62,912 nucleotides of DNA, filler included, from Salisapilia sapeloensis CBS 127946 (GCA_023334545.1; 5 parts of 5 records of this genome joined end to end with filler, not necessarily neighbours in it); one strand, 5' to 3'; shown: positions 1-12,736, counted from the whole stretch's first letter. Translations and numbers: made by a program. The notes: generated from the letters alone by a model not told the origin.

Positions 1-141
1 CTCCATACGACTCTTCAAGAATCGATGCTTAAAGTCTGGATTGCTTATCGAGATTGGCAGAAGTATGCCTGCATGCGCACTTTTGTCGAGCGACCGAGGT
101 TACTTTTTGGCATAATAACCAGAGATTGCATCTTTAATAAA
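1..141 (+). repeat. 141-bp inverted repeat, copy 1 (window start)
   Basis: Positions 1-141 are the exact reverse complement of 24625-24765; both copies end on the same base, CTCCATACG. Confidence 0.95.
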
Positions 142-954
142 CCTGAAGGCGTGATGACAAAAGTGAAGGTAGTAGATATCGGCATAAGAACTTGAGTAGC
201 GTTCGTCGTCATGTGCTTTAAGAGTATTGCATCTACGCTTGTTTATACGGTTTAAAATGCTTTAAAGTCAAATGAAAAACTACAATACAGCTTCATAAAA
301 CTAGTTGTTGCAAGGAGTAAAATCTCTGCGGTGGGAGATTGCTATTGATACCTTTGTCATCATGACCATGTCTTTTGCTCAAATAAGCTCCTACACCTCT
401 TCTATTCTGTATTACGCACTTCCACCAAGATTACACGTTCACTGTAAAGCTAAACTTGTGCGATTGTTGGCGCTATCCATTCGCAAAGATGCTAGTTTCC
501 ACAATCCTCCAGCAGTATCTTATGAACACGATCTCATGATTCGGACCATTGATGCCAACAAGCATAAAAAGCAAGACCTTACGAATCAAGATAGATACCT
601 TAGATCTAGTACAACGACATGCTACTTGTTATATTAAGTGCTTTCGACCCACTCTAAAGCCAAGCAGCAACATAAAGCACAAGCGTCTAAACCTTCATTT
701 TTGTATACTAAGCACGAAGTAGAGTATTCTACCACTTATATACTATTACCAAGACCTTGTCAATATCATCTTCTCATCAAAAAATGTCTACTACACTCTA
801 CTGCACTTGGAACACGCACATATCGTACCTCATCTGCATAACCCTCCAGTACCGATACACCAACTAAATCCAAAACAATTGGATAAAACTAAACATTTCA
901 TCCAATCACATACGGAATACCTAGAAACCATCAACTAAACCACACAAGTTCCTC

Positions 955-3900
955 ATGTTTAGCTCTCGGAAGCCGCTGGAGGTGCCGCCGAGCAAACGGT
1001 TCGGCAGTGATGCACTCACATCCTCTTCCTATATCACTTCCAAGCGTCCGAGACTTTTGCACACTCCAACTGCCAATACGTCCGTTGAAAATGCGACGAT
1101 TGCGAGCGATGGTGCCGCCGATATTGGTGTACTGGACATGCTGCCGACTTCCTTCGCGGAGGAAGTGCGTGCTTGTGCAGTAAAGAGGATCCTCTCCTGT
1201 CGCACACATAATGATACGCATCAGAATGCAGATGTATTCTACATTGCAGTGCTACCGACGCGACTGCTCCTGTGGTCTTCTGAAGGCAAGCGCGAGACGC
1301 TGTCACTATCGCTTCCAGACCAGATTTCTCCCGTTTCAGATACGATGACGCTTTACCCGTTTGTATTCTCATTATACGGCTCTTCTCTTTCTTTGCTTCT
1401 CGTCTGCAGCTCTGGACTCGTCGCCTTGTACGATGACATTGAAGCTCCTTTCGAAAGCACGCCATTGACTGTCCAAATCCCGCTTCAGTCTCCTCATGAG
1501 CACGTCGAGACGAGTGCAGACGCCATCTTTGTCGGTCTCCAGGATTATTCACAAGCCAATGACGAAAGTCTCAAGAGTTTGCTCTGTTGGAGTGACTTTG
1601 GACAGTTGTGGGAAGTCGCGATCGAAGACCATCGTCTTCGTATCCGTACGTTCGACTGCCGGGAAGCTAGTTTGCTCTCTGGTCTGTCCAAATCTTTTTC
1701 TCGTTTCTTAGGCGGATACAACGACTCGATCGTGCCTCTTCGACAGGTACAATTGGCAACGACTGGATCGAATGCATCGACTCATGAGAGTGCCAACATG
1801 CTGCTCTTGTCTGCCGACGGATCACTCGAGCTGCGCTCCTTCAATACGGCTGACGTCATGGACCCCGAGTGTTCTCTCTGTTGGAAGTACGACGCCTTGA
1901 CGGCAGCAAAAGAGTGTTTCTTTAGCAGATTTACGTCCAGGAGGCTGCATCACACGCGTGTGCTTTCTATTGCATATGAAAATCAGGATACTGTTGGTCT
2001 TCTTGTAAGTTTCTCATGGCAGGGAGACGGCAATACGTTCAAACTGTCCTACGCACTCGTACACTGTAGTAAGCACGCGCCCAACCGTGCGTTGCAGGTT
2101 GCTAGCTTCCATCTTCTGGACTATGAAGTATCTCTATCGCACCCGGATGAAGCGAATGAACTGACTCATACACTAGTAGAGTGCTATCCAGTGACAGATG
2201 CAGGCGTCTACATCGTCTGGACATGTAGTATGCCTGTTCAAATAGCTTCTATCCGTCTCCCGTCTGCTGACACGGAGCTCGAGTCATCTTGCTTTGCTCT
2301 CCAGAGCGACATGACACGTACTCCACACGCTTTTAACTGTCAGATCACGAGCAGTCCTTTGTCTCCGAACGCTCTACGTGCATCTCTTTCCTTCATTTTG
2401 TTGGATGGAAGTGATCGTGGTCCGTCCTGCACTCTGTGCTTAGCGACTGCTTCTGCTATGCAGCAGATTGAGCGCCGAGTGCGTACGCAGACACCAAAGG
2501 TGTCTCTACCACCAGCAACTGGACAGCCAGAAGTCCAAGAGTACGTCCAGCAGCTCTCCAACGCCTTCCTCCAGTCCATGCACGGTGGACTACCTAACCT
2601 ACGCACAAAGGACAGTGAGCTTCCGATGCTTGCCGAAGCTGCTGTCTCGCTCGCGCTCCAGATCGTAGACGTAACTCCTGCGACAGGACTCCGCTGGGGC
2701 GTGCAAGAGCCGTCTGTCCAGAGCTTGATGCAAGCGACACCAAAGCTCGTTCGTTTCCAATTGGAAGAGAAGCGATCGAGGCTGAAGGAGTTTGTCGAGT
2801 TCCTCCAGCTCCAATGTCCGAGTCTATGGGGCGTCCTACAGGCGTCTTCAGACCTAAGCGATCGCCTAGCAGAAGGCAAAGAGAAGCTGGATGCAGCCGT
2901 AGCACTAAGTAAATTACAACATTCGTTATTATCTGGTGAAGAGGATGCGGTCAGTGGCCGTTTCCTCTTGCACGCGATTGAAAAGACGGTCGAGATGCGT
3001 GGACATTCTTCTCAAGAGCTCGAATTAGCTGGATACAATGCGTTTGACATTTTCTTCTCGGAAGCAAGCAACGTGGCCGATCTCTTGCCTTGTCTTATTT
3101 CAGAACTGCAGAAGATGGCAGCATCCGTTGGTAGGACCGACTTGTCGTATTTGCACGCATTGTTGGAAACAGGTCATACGATCACTAGTATGCTCCAGTC
3201 GCTGTCGTTTGCAGGAAAGGAAGCGCGAGGTCGATGGTTATTCGCGTACCTTTTGAACGACCAAGTGTTGACGGAGCAAGTGTCTCGATTAGGAGAAGTC
3301 GTCGGGTACATTCGTCATGCGTCAGACGAATTTAGACAAGTAGAGCACGGTCGAGAGGAAGTAGCGGATGCAGCGAAACAACTTGAAGCACTCGCGTCGT
3401 TGCTACTAAAGACGTACGAAAGGTACTTGATGAAGCTGCATGGAGATGATACAGTGGTGAAGCAAGAGCTCGTACGCGTCGCGCCACTAGTTTTAAATCC
3501 TCTCATCTACGTCGCGACAAGCGAAGATAAGGGATCGAGTGTATCAGCTGAAAGTGCCTTCCATCGACATGCAGAGCTCTTTGCGAGTGCGAGGAAGTTG
3601 TGTGAAGAGCATGCGTACTATGAAGGCATGGCGCACTTGGCTCAGATGGAGGATAAGGATGTGTTTGGCGAGTTGGATTACGTCTTCCCAGGCGAAAGCG
3701 GACGTCTGTCTGGCTTGAATCGACTGGAAGAGTACTGTCAGACGTACGACGGGTTCCAGCAGTTCTTGATGCAGTGGTGTGGTGGAGACATTGAACGTCC
3801 GTGGCCTGCTCCGCGATCAAAACGAGCGTCGAGTGACCATGCATTGCTAGCATACTTGCTCTCTAACTCCAAGATGGAGGCGGATGCATACGTCAAGACG

Positions 3901-4626
3901 CATGAACGACTAGGGCGGTTCGCTTGGATCACGTCCATTCGAGTGGACAAGTACGGAGAGAGTGGAAAAGCAGCGTTAGTAGAAGCTAAGGAGGAGGAAG
4001 AGGATCTAGGTAGGCGACGGACGATGGCGAGTATTGCTAAGATCGCTGCGATGGCGGCGGACGAGACGGATCAAGAGACGGAGGAGAAGGCTGCTAGAGA
4101 GTTGATTCGCACGCGTGTGCAGCAGTCGTTGCAAGACCTTCCGATCGACTTGGCGATCGACTCGGTGCCGTTGAAACCAGAATCCTTAGTAGATCGGTGT
4201 CTAGAGGCCGAGTCGATCATCCCGCTGGAAGATCCACTTCGATCAAGTGTCTTTGTCATGGCGTTAGAGGTACTCGATTCTCTCGCGAGTGAACCTTCGC
4301 GTCTGTGTAGAAATTTGCATTCGTTGCGGCTGAAAGCATGGCGTCAAGCGCTGCATACGGACCGGTCGATTTGGAAGGAAATGGTCGAAGAGTACATTTC
4401 GAGTGCGAATGAAGACAAGATCGAGGAGCTTATGCGGCAGACGTTGGTGTTTAACGCGATGAAGAGGTATGTAAAGCTGATGCCAACGAGTGTCGAGTCT
4501 GCTGCATTGACTCGCGAGATGGTCGAGACGTTGACGGACGGAGAAGCAGAGAGCGGGGAGGATGTCGTGTTTAGCCCTCGATGCCGGCAACTCGTGCTCA
4601 AGGCACTGGACCTGGCACGGAACTAA
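955..4626 (+). CDS. NUP133: Nucleoporin Nup133-like protein, 1223 aa, single exon
   Basis: Long ATG ORF with a beta-rich N-half and helical C-half. The C-terminal segment FAWITSIRVDKYGESGKAALVEAKEEEEDLGRRRTMASIAKIA resembles the Nup133 conserved block. Recognised from memory; an HMM search would confirm. Confidence 0.75.
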   Translation: MFSSRKPLEVPPSKRFGSDALTSSSYITSKRPRLLHTPTANTSVENATIASDGAADIGVLDMLPTSFAEEVRACAVKRILSCRTHNDTHQNADVFYIAVLPTRLLLWSSEGKRETLSLSLPDQISPVSDTMTLYPFVFSLYGSSLSLLLVCSSGLVALYDDIEAPFESTPLTVQIPLQSPHEHVETSADAIFVGLQDYSQANDESLKSLLCWSDFGQLWEVAIEDHRLRIRTFDCREASLLSGLSKSFSRFLGGYNDSIVPLRQVQLATTGSNASTHESANMLLLSADGSLELRSFNTADVMDPECSLCWKYDALTAAKECFFSRFTSRRLHHTRVLSIAYENQDTVGLLVSFSWQGDGNTFKLSYALVHCSKHAPNRALQVASFHLLDYEVSLSHPDEANELTHTLVECYPVTDAGVYIVWTCSMPVQIASIRLPSADTELESSCFALQSDMTRTPHAFNCQITSSPLSPNALRASLSFILLDGSDRGPSCTLCLATASAMQQIERRVRTQTPKVSLPPATGQPEVQEYVQQLSNAFLQSMHGGLPNLRTKDSELPMLAEAAVSLALQIVDVTPATGLRWGVQEPSVQSLMQATPKLVRFQLEEKRSRLKEFVEFLQLQCPSLWGVLQASSDLSDRLAEGKEKLDAAVALSKLQHSLLSGEEDAVSGRFLLHAIEKTVEMRGHSSQELELAGYNAFDIFFSEASNVADLLPCLISELQKMAASVGRTDLSYLHALLETGHTITSMLQSLSFAGKEARGRWLFAYLLNDQVLTEQVSRLGEVVGYIRHASDEFRQVEHGREEVADAAKQLEALASLLLKTYERYLMKLHGDDTVVKQELVRVAPLVLNPLIYVATSEDKGSSVSAESAFHRHAELFASARKLCEEHAYYEGMAHLAQMEDKDVFGELDYVFPGESGRLSGLNRLEEYCQTYDGFQQFLMQWCGGDIERPWPAPRSKRASSDHALLAYLLSNSKMEADAYVKTHERLGRFAWITSIRVDKYGESGKAALVEAKEEEEDLGRRRTMASIAKIAAMAADETDQETEEKAARELIRTRVQQSLQDLPIDLAIDSVPLKPESLVDRCLEAESIIPLEDPLRSSVFVMALEVLDSLASEPSRLCRNLHSLRLKAWRQALHTDRSIWKEMVEEYISSANEDKIEELMRQTLVFNAMKRYVKLMPTSVESAALTREMVETLTDGEAESGEDVVFSPRCRQLVLKALDLARN

Positions 4627-4761
4627 CGAATGGAACACGTTTTCTTTTTCTTAAGAGAGATTAAAAGTATTGAAAAAAGCGGGTTGGAAGAGGCAGGAGG
4701 GTGGGAAAATCACATGAGGTAGCCAACCTTTATCTGCACTAGTACCGGAGAAACAAGTCTA

Positions 4762-6140
4762 CTAAGCCGTCGGCAAGCGCGAGAGAGCGATGGTCATCTA
4801 TGATAGGCGATGCTTAGTACATGGCGTTCTTGGTAGAAAATGTTAAGTACGTACGACTGAAGCAGACATGATACCGACCCGCAGGTCGAGGCCAGGCATG
4901 CCCGTGAGCACCATCCAGCTACAGCGTTCACGACAGATTAGTCTTCCTATGTCCTTTCGTCGTTTATGTAAAAAGAGATAATGTACATGTCGGATCCGAA
5001 GAGCGTTAGTGTCCCAACTGCCAAGATTGCGAGCGAGACCTTGGCGAAATCGTGCTCTTTCTTGAGGAAAGCGTCGACGAATGAAGCGATGAGTGCTACG
5101 TCTGCAATGACAAAGCACGTCGTGAACCAGTACAAGTAGTCCATGGCGTCGTCACCGCATAGAACCAAAATCTCGGCAGTGCTACGCCACGCGAGAGCGA
5201 TGGCGATCCACTTGGCAGATGCTCGGTCTTCCTTTTGGACTAGAAACGCCAACAAGGCTGTGACGGGAGCGATGAATGGCATCCAGGTGTGCATTTCCGT
5301 TAGGATGTCGTCGGCGCTCACCAATTCCTTTTTCAAGTACAAGTTATGAATTGCTAGTGCTACGAGAACGACAAAGACGGCAGAAATGGAGAGGAGACGA
5401 GCATCCGTCGGTACTCTCTTCACGACTTTGCTTGTCTCCTTCTTGGCCTTATTCCACTGCTTCTGTGCGCCGGACGTTGCATTGTCTAAAGCACTCTTCG
5501 TTTCATTCGTAGTCTCCGCCGAAGCCGGGACGAGCACAGTTTGCTTCTGGGTGATCTGGACTTCACGACGGACCACTGGATCCTCTGTCGCGTCGCCACT
5601 CATCCGTCCAACGAATTCAGTGCTTTCATCTCCGACAGAGCTGTCTCTGGATTTGCTGCGTCCACGAGAAGACACACGAGACGACGTACTTTCAGACCGT
5701 TCCGACTTGCGTCCGCGAGAAGACTCGCGAGAGGTGTCCCGGCTTTTACTCGTGCTACGTGGTCGGCCACGGCCGCGACGAGCAGGACTTCTGCCACGCT
5801 CCTTGTCCGAGGAAGATGCGTAGCCATCCTCTTTTTTACGAGCTGCAAGCATCCTGCATTACAATCCATCCATGTGGTAAGTGATTAATGAGCTCACCTT
5901 TTTCGAATTTACGAATGATGTTCGAGTATCCATCGGCGATGAGATCCATGCGAGTCTCCCTACATTATGCGAAATGAGTACAAGAGCAAAGGAAGCGAAC
6001 GAAAAAAGATGGACGTACCACGTATTGCTGTCGGCACCAAAGCCCTTCCAGATGACGAGATACTGGACTCGACCACGCACGGTCTTCCGGTCCAAGATCC
6101 GCTCGATCGTGGCATTATCCTGCTGCTTTTGTTTCTCCAT
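4762..6140 (-). CDS. Chromodomain + RS-rich region + multi-pass (YhhN/TMEM86-like) membrane protein, about 379 aa
   Basis: Manual exons 6140-6019, 5959-5898, 5842-4987, 4918-4855, 4797-4762; all GT-AG introns of 55-68 nt, frame preserved. The chromodomain IERILDRKTVRGRVQYLVIWKGFGADSNTWETRMDL is split by intron 1. The last intron is optional (alternative stop at 4843). Confidence 0.75.
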
Positions 6141-6641
6141 TCGGTTTTGTCGCTTTCTTGTCTTTTCGCTTCCTTGGACAGACCACACAAATTCCCGCGC
6201 TCCGATTCAAATTAATTCTTTATCAAGTGTCTTTATTTTGACTCATATCCATTCAAATATATTTGCTTACTATAGAAGAATGTATAGAAGGGTTTTGTGA
6301 TAAAATACCGTGCTATTCTAGTATGAATTTAAATCATAAAATAATTTGTACCTTGTGTCTCACTTTATATTCATGATACGATAGTGTCTTTGGATGGAAA
6401 CGATTTAAAGTTCAAGTTGAAACGTCCATCATCCAAGTGACTTGCTGCCAAGTGGCTCTACTATCCGTATGATCTACTAGACACCTTCCTACGAGAGAAA
6501 CAAAGTATCTTGAGAAACGATAATGGACAAGAGACTGTAACCAGCAATAAGTATCTTCCCAAAAGCATAAAAGAAAATATTAAAGAGCCAAAATGCATCA
6601 AAACTTGGATCCTACGCCATGTACAGCTCCGGTCGATTCGC

Positions 6642-9600
6642 TCAGCTGACGTTGCCTCGACCGTACGTACCTTCGGGGCACTTGTACTCTTCCGGAAGCA
6701 ACGACCGCTGAAGTCCATTGAACGCATACTGTCGTTTCCCAGTGTTCTTGTACGCGTTCTCAAGTCGCACGCCGTTGCTTCGCAATGTCGATACGGTACG
6801 AACAACGTATTCCGTCGGTAAATTGTGGAACTCGGCTAGCAGCTGCACTTGTTCGAGCGTCACTGCCATGGCCGTCCGATCCTTGGCGCTCTTACAGGAC
6901 GTCGCGCGACCAGCTCCGAGCATCCGACATAAGAAACTGCCTTCTTGTATAATCTTCGGGTTTTTTGTCTTCACGACCTGCTTGCTCGCGTTCAAGATTC
7001 GCTCTTCAAGCGAAGACAGGAGCGGACGGATGGTCGCCATCGGTGTCGGGACGTGACTGTCATCCAGCTGAGCGTAGCGGTCAATGTAGCTCGCTAAGAG
7101 AGAGAAACTTTTGTGATTAATCGTGTCCTGCAGACTCGTCCGCTTGCCCTGCGCACTATTCGCCAGTGACTGCATCTCGTTAATGCCTTGTGTGAACATG
7201 ATTGGCGTGACGCTAATGCGCTGTCCGGTCTGTAGACTATGTGGGATCTTGGCCAACACCTCATCGTTGCATCTCACGCCGATCGTCACGACAAAAGATC
7301 GAGGTATTGCTCCTCGTGACAAAACGACAGATACGACGCTCGGGAGGTCATTCAGTTCCTTCAAATGCAGATTCAGCGATGGTAAGTTGGCAGGAGGTTT
7401 GGTGTCCAGTGCAAAGGATACGTTCTTCATAGCATCCACCGATGCAGCAAAGTCTTCTAACATGCCATTCTCCTTTCCTTGCGTCGACAATAAACTCTCG
7501 ACTTGGAAGAGGAAACCGATTTGATCTACAAGTGTCAAGAACTGTTCGTCCTTTGGATGCTGCAACGCGACTTCTAACTGTCGACAGAACGAAGCGACGA
7601 GTGACGTTAATGCCTGCGAGACACAAGCGTCGAGACGCTGTGTCAAGTGCCACTTGGTTTCATCGTCTGCACGCACCTCTGCCTGCGTCCAGTCAGCGTC
7701 TTCCCCACCATCTTCTCCGTCATCGTTCAACGTTTTGGACGGAGACTTTTTCGACAGCTTCGCGCGAAGACCGAGGACACCCATGCCATGTCGGAACTTG
7801 AAGCAGTGTGCAGCAAACGCACCGACAGTGATCGTTGGATACACCTTGACATTCTCCGACGTTCTCTTGGACCTTTGCGACCGGAGTTCCTGTACAGGTC
7901 CGACCCACATATCCTGGACGTGAAGATTTGTCGGTAGGAAACGGAGGACGAGACTCTTCTTCTCCGTACTCGCCTTGAAGTTCACGCTCTCCGCTTCTCG
8001 ATCATGACACGTCTGGAGACACTCGCGCAAAGCGTCGACGTACATCCGACGTTGCTGTACTCGATCTTCCAACCAGTTAAGCACGACCGCGTGGTCGTTC
8101 TCGCCCTGGATCTGATCAATCACATTGTCATAGTAGCCACTAAGCAACCCGTTCTTCATCTTATGTTCAAAGTTCGCGAGCGTCGATCGTGCGCGTGACA
8201 AGTCTTCCGATCGTTCTTTCCCCAACAGTTCAAGGTACTGTCGCGGAATTTCATTCGACAAGATGCTTTCCGTCATCTCTTCCACCACGAGATCATCTTT
8301 GGAACCGAATTGGAACGTCTTGCTCAGATGGAAACCAGCATTCTCCTTAAGTGCACGTGTGCTCACGGTCATGGCTTGGATGTGAAGCTGTGGCGGTGCA
8401 CCAGAGTCGGAAGAGCTCTCGAGCTCGTCACTCGTGTGCGTTGTGCTCAAGGACGTTGCGTTTGATCGATGCGAACCTTGACGTGCGATCAAGTGCATCT
8501 CATTCGACGATGCGAGGTCGATCGCGGCGCAAGTGAATTCGCAAAAGACACGTGGACGACGTTGTGGGTGGAGTCCCATGCCCGAGACTCTCGACGTGGT
8601 TGCTCGTTCGCTCAGATGCACGGACGACGTCCGGATTCGAGTTCTAGACTCTTCTTCCTCGTCCTCCGGGATCTCATACACGACGAAGCGTAGTGCCGGG
8701 TTGTTCACGAGCAAAGGGACGTGCAAGACACTAAGGAAGGTGGCTAGTTGCGTCGAGTTGTCTGCATTCAACGTCGGAAGAACCGTCTCGGTCGACCCAA
8801 CACGCACCCAGTGGCTACCTGCAGGCGCACTCATGCTAATGGATGTCGACGTACGTCGTCGTAGCATCGAGATCTCATTCTGCAGTCCTGTCTGGATGAC
8901 GTTCGAGACGCTAGCTCTCGTATGCGGGTCCTCCATCATGTCTTCAGCAGCCAAGTCCACGTCAGACGGCAGCTCTGCCACGAACAGCTCGACACAACAC
9001 GCTTGCGTCAACGGTTGCTGCGTCGCCAATTGCACCGACAGCGCCAGGACGTTCTGATTCGTCGTGTCTGCCATGGCATTCGCACCTGCGTTGTATTCGA
9101 CATCGGGGAAGCGAGTGATGCCTGCCCAATCGTCGCTTAAAGTGTCCTGTGAGTATGGCATCGTGACCTTATCTCCCGTCTCTTCATCCTTCCCGCCGAT
9201 GCGACTTTGCATCGTGTCGCGAGAGTTCAATCCTGACAGACGTGGATTCCACTGCAAGAGGAGGAAACCTGCGGACGGTAGCATGATCGGGAGCCAGACT
9301 GTGAAGGTGTACCACACTACTGCATGGACAGACCATTCCTGCGTGTACAAGACGACGTCAATAATGCACGAGATACCAAAGGTAACGGCGACAACAACAA
9401 TGACCACGAGGTACGTCACGAGCGACTTTTTCATGACACGAACGATACGTGCGTCGAGGATATCACCTGACTGCATCACGAGCTTTCGACCTCGTTGGAG
9501 CACGAGACTACCTAAGGCCAACAGCACGAGTGCCATGACAAAGATAAGCACTTGGGCTCCGAGTGTCGATGGTTCATGCCACGAAGAGTACGGGACGTTA

Positions 9601-12559
9601 TGACACACTTTCTGTCGAGCATATAGCCACTGCGTCGGTTGGAGGTCAGGACAGTAGTCAGATCCGCACATCTTGAGGTCGTAGAGAGGGTTACGTAGGT
9701 AGTCGTTGTACGTGCACTTGATAAAGTCTGTCATGCTGATCAACGCCACGAGTTCATAAGCGTAGAAGATGCCGTTGACGACTACGAAGAGTAGAAGGAG
9801 GTAGAGACGACGGATCGTACGTGTGTCGTGGTTCAAGACAGTGGACCAGTGGAAGCAGACGGACGTGACCATCGTCCACATGCAGCAGTAGGTGATGATA
9901 CGAAGCATATAGTAGACGTGTCCAGTCGTTTGTCCTTGGGACGAAGCGTTGATCCAAATCGCATTCGCAAAGATCTGCAAAACGAAGACGAGGATGATCC
10001 AGACGGACGTCACGTCACTGTAGAACGTCGGGCCGGAGAAGGATATACCGTTCATACGAGTGACCAAGATCGCAACGACAAGTCCAAGGGAAAACATCGT
10101 GATGGACATGACGCTATAGACACTTAATCCATAGTCCGAGTACGTCTGCTTTTGGACAAACACAGGTCCACAGTCTGCTCCTTGGACGTCATCCCCACTA
10201 AGCAATATCACTTTAGCTAATTGCGGCAACGACTTAGTGGATTCGTTCCCGCCTCCCCCAGACCATATCGCTCCTTGCACTTGAATTTCAAACGTGAACT
10301 CGTTATGGAGCTCCCACGTTGCATCCAGGTTGGCACCTGTCGGAAGCAAGTCTGTGATACAAAAGTACGAGTCATTCACTCGCTTCGCATTTAAATTCGT
10401 TTCGCCTGGAGAGCTGTACATGTCAATGAATGGATTGCCGACCTTGTCGTACGAAGCTTTGGCGTATCGAAAGTCGACTTGACCTGTAACAGGTCGACCT
10501 TTGGCGCCACAAGAGCTCGAAGCGAGGTCGACGCAGACTCGAGGATTCTTCGATGTCGGACCGACGATCGTGGATGTCGTGAAGGATAACGACAGAACGT
10601 TGGTGTCTTCTTGCATCCACATGAGGGACGAGTGGAGACTATCTGACTGCGGCTCTGGCAGGTCCATCGACACGAGCTTGACTTGTCCCATGACAGAAGA
10701 CGTGCCCGTCGTAGACGTATCTGCTGCGACTGCTAGTTCCGTCAGACGTCTCTTCTTCTCCACGACGCCCTTCACGCGTTCGTAGACGAGCAAAATATCC
10801 AAGTGGTTGTCTCCAGAAATGCCGGATCCAGACACGAGACTCTGCAAGAGATCAAACGACAAGGACGTCGTGTCATTGGACTTGAAGTACGTCTCCCAAT
10901 CATTGAAAAGCTCCATGATATCGACGAACCCAACGCGCGAGTTGCTTTCCGAGTCGATTGGACAATCCTCTTCCGGCATGACGTCTCTGCATGGATTGAT
11001 CTTGTAGTCCGTGCTGTCCCTCTCTCCCTTGGTGATGCGTAGAGCTGTTTCGCTCCAACTAACGAACCGCCAGCCTTTTGGAATCTGCATTGCGAACCAC
11101 CACTTTTTCCCAGTGAGTACTGGACTATCCTTGATGTTGTACAAGGCACCAGCAACGTCCGATGCGAGTAAAGAGAACGTCATGTTGCTCACGCTACTCG
11201 GCGTTGATGGAATGACATTTACTTTGTAGCTGTTTGTCGATACGCACGTCTCGTAGGCAATAGGACAATCGCCATTGTCGAGCATCTTGACGCAAAGAGG
11301 CTTCTCCGTGGAAGAACCGAGGAACTTGTACTGACACTCGTTGCTCTTGCATCGACAGTACTGAGACGTGTACATCGGGTAGTTCCGCACGATCATCGGT
11401 TTCGACCCGTCGCCAGTGTCAGCCGACGCTGTTTCTTCGCTCATGGTGTTCACATTTACCAGCGCTTCATCACTCACAGAAGTCGCATTCTGAAGCGCCT
11501 CCAAAAATTCTTCAAGCTCCAGACAAGCAGCAGACGAAGAGCCGTCGTTGCACTCTTCCTCTAAGAGAGCGATCGTCTCGTTGTCCGCGAGGCTCACGTT
11601 GGCTAACGAGATACCTAAAGAGCCTGCAGTTACATCGTCTATATGGGAAGCTCCTACATCGCTCGTGTTATGCGAATCTGACGACGCGTCGTCATGCACC
11701 ACCACTTCTCCAGGATGACTGCTGCTTGTCGCGCCATCTGTACTACTGGCATTAGCAGAAGCACTTTCGTGATTCGAGCCTGGAGACGTAGAGATATAGT
11801 CTTCTGCTGAGGACGGGGAGGTGTTCTCTTCTGATGCTGATGAGTCATGTCCATAGTCATGGGCTTCAAAGGAACTCGCGGGAGGATTTGTTGGGTGAGT
11901 AATATGGTGAGACTCCTCCGGCACAGGTGTCGGTGTCGGCGTTGGCGTTGGCGTTGGTGTCTTTGTCGGCGACGGTGTCTCCGTGGGAGGCGTGTTTACC
12001 GGCCTTGGTACTAGTGGTATATGCCCAGCATGTGGGTTGAACAAGTTCAGGAAGTCGTCTTCGATGAAACCATCGTCACTTGCCGATTCTTCCGCTGATA
12101 AGTCGGACGAGTCCGAATCCGAGTCATCTGGACGAGTGGCGGCTGGAGTAAAAGCAGGGTAGGCTGCAGTACTTACGTCTTCAATCTCATGCTGTACAAC
12201 TAGAATGGAATGAATATAAGGTGGTAGAGAAGTGGATGCGTGTGTACGTACGAGACGTCGATGTATGCGTGGCGGATGATGCCCCGTTGATGACTGCGTG
12301 TGCGAAGCTTTCAACGGCTTTGGACGGGATAGATCAGTCTTAAAATTCGAATGCAAAAGTCCCGATGTAGCATACCTGTATCTATCGGTGTTTTCTCTGC
12401 TGGTGCATATGCGACCGTTAAGACGGTCATGAGCAAGAATAATGGACGCTCAAGAGGAGGTCGTCGCGGCTTCTTTCGCTGCAATAATGTTCTATGAGTT
12501 TCCCACTATCAATGTATCAAGGGAAGATAGTATACCCGCGTCGCCATCGCTTGTACCAT
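6642..12559 (-). CDS. 7TM receptor fused to an inositol polyphosphate 4-phosphatase (GPCR-INPP bigram) with a large ectodomain, about 1916 aa
   Basis: Exons 12559-12536, 12478-12376, 12317-12252, 12199-6642. Hydrophobic leader (PLFLLMTVLTVAYA), seven hydrophobic helices at about 10140-9250, and the INPP4 catalytic motif CKSAKDRT at 6896-6873. The ORF-track start at 12356 is a TTG inside an intron. Confidence 0.85.
11926..11961 (-). repeat. Imperfect hexamer repeat encoding (PT)n in the mucin-like stalk
   Basis: ggtgtc/ggcgtt units translate to TPTPTPTPTPTP on the minus strand. Confidence 0.8.
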
Positions 12560-12736
12560 GCTCCGATTGCTCTGGTCTGCGATCGCCTTCTGCCCTCGAT
12601 CGTGACAATTTGCAATCGGACGACCGACTACCGTCACTGACGCAGCATCTGGCTCTTTACGCTATGGTGGGTGCTTCGAACTATTCTGTCGCGACCTGGA
12701 GCTATCCACCAACCAACGCGACATCTGATAAGTAGC

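Noticed and set aside
12200-12356. ORF-track N-terminal extensions from TTG/GTG starts (e.g. 12356, 16845, 16887, 39879, 47203)
   Set aside because: Non-ATG starts in a eukaryote; these segments are introns or UTRs in the spliced models.
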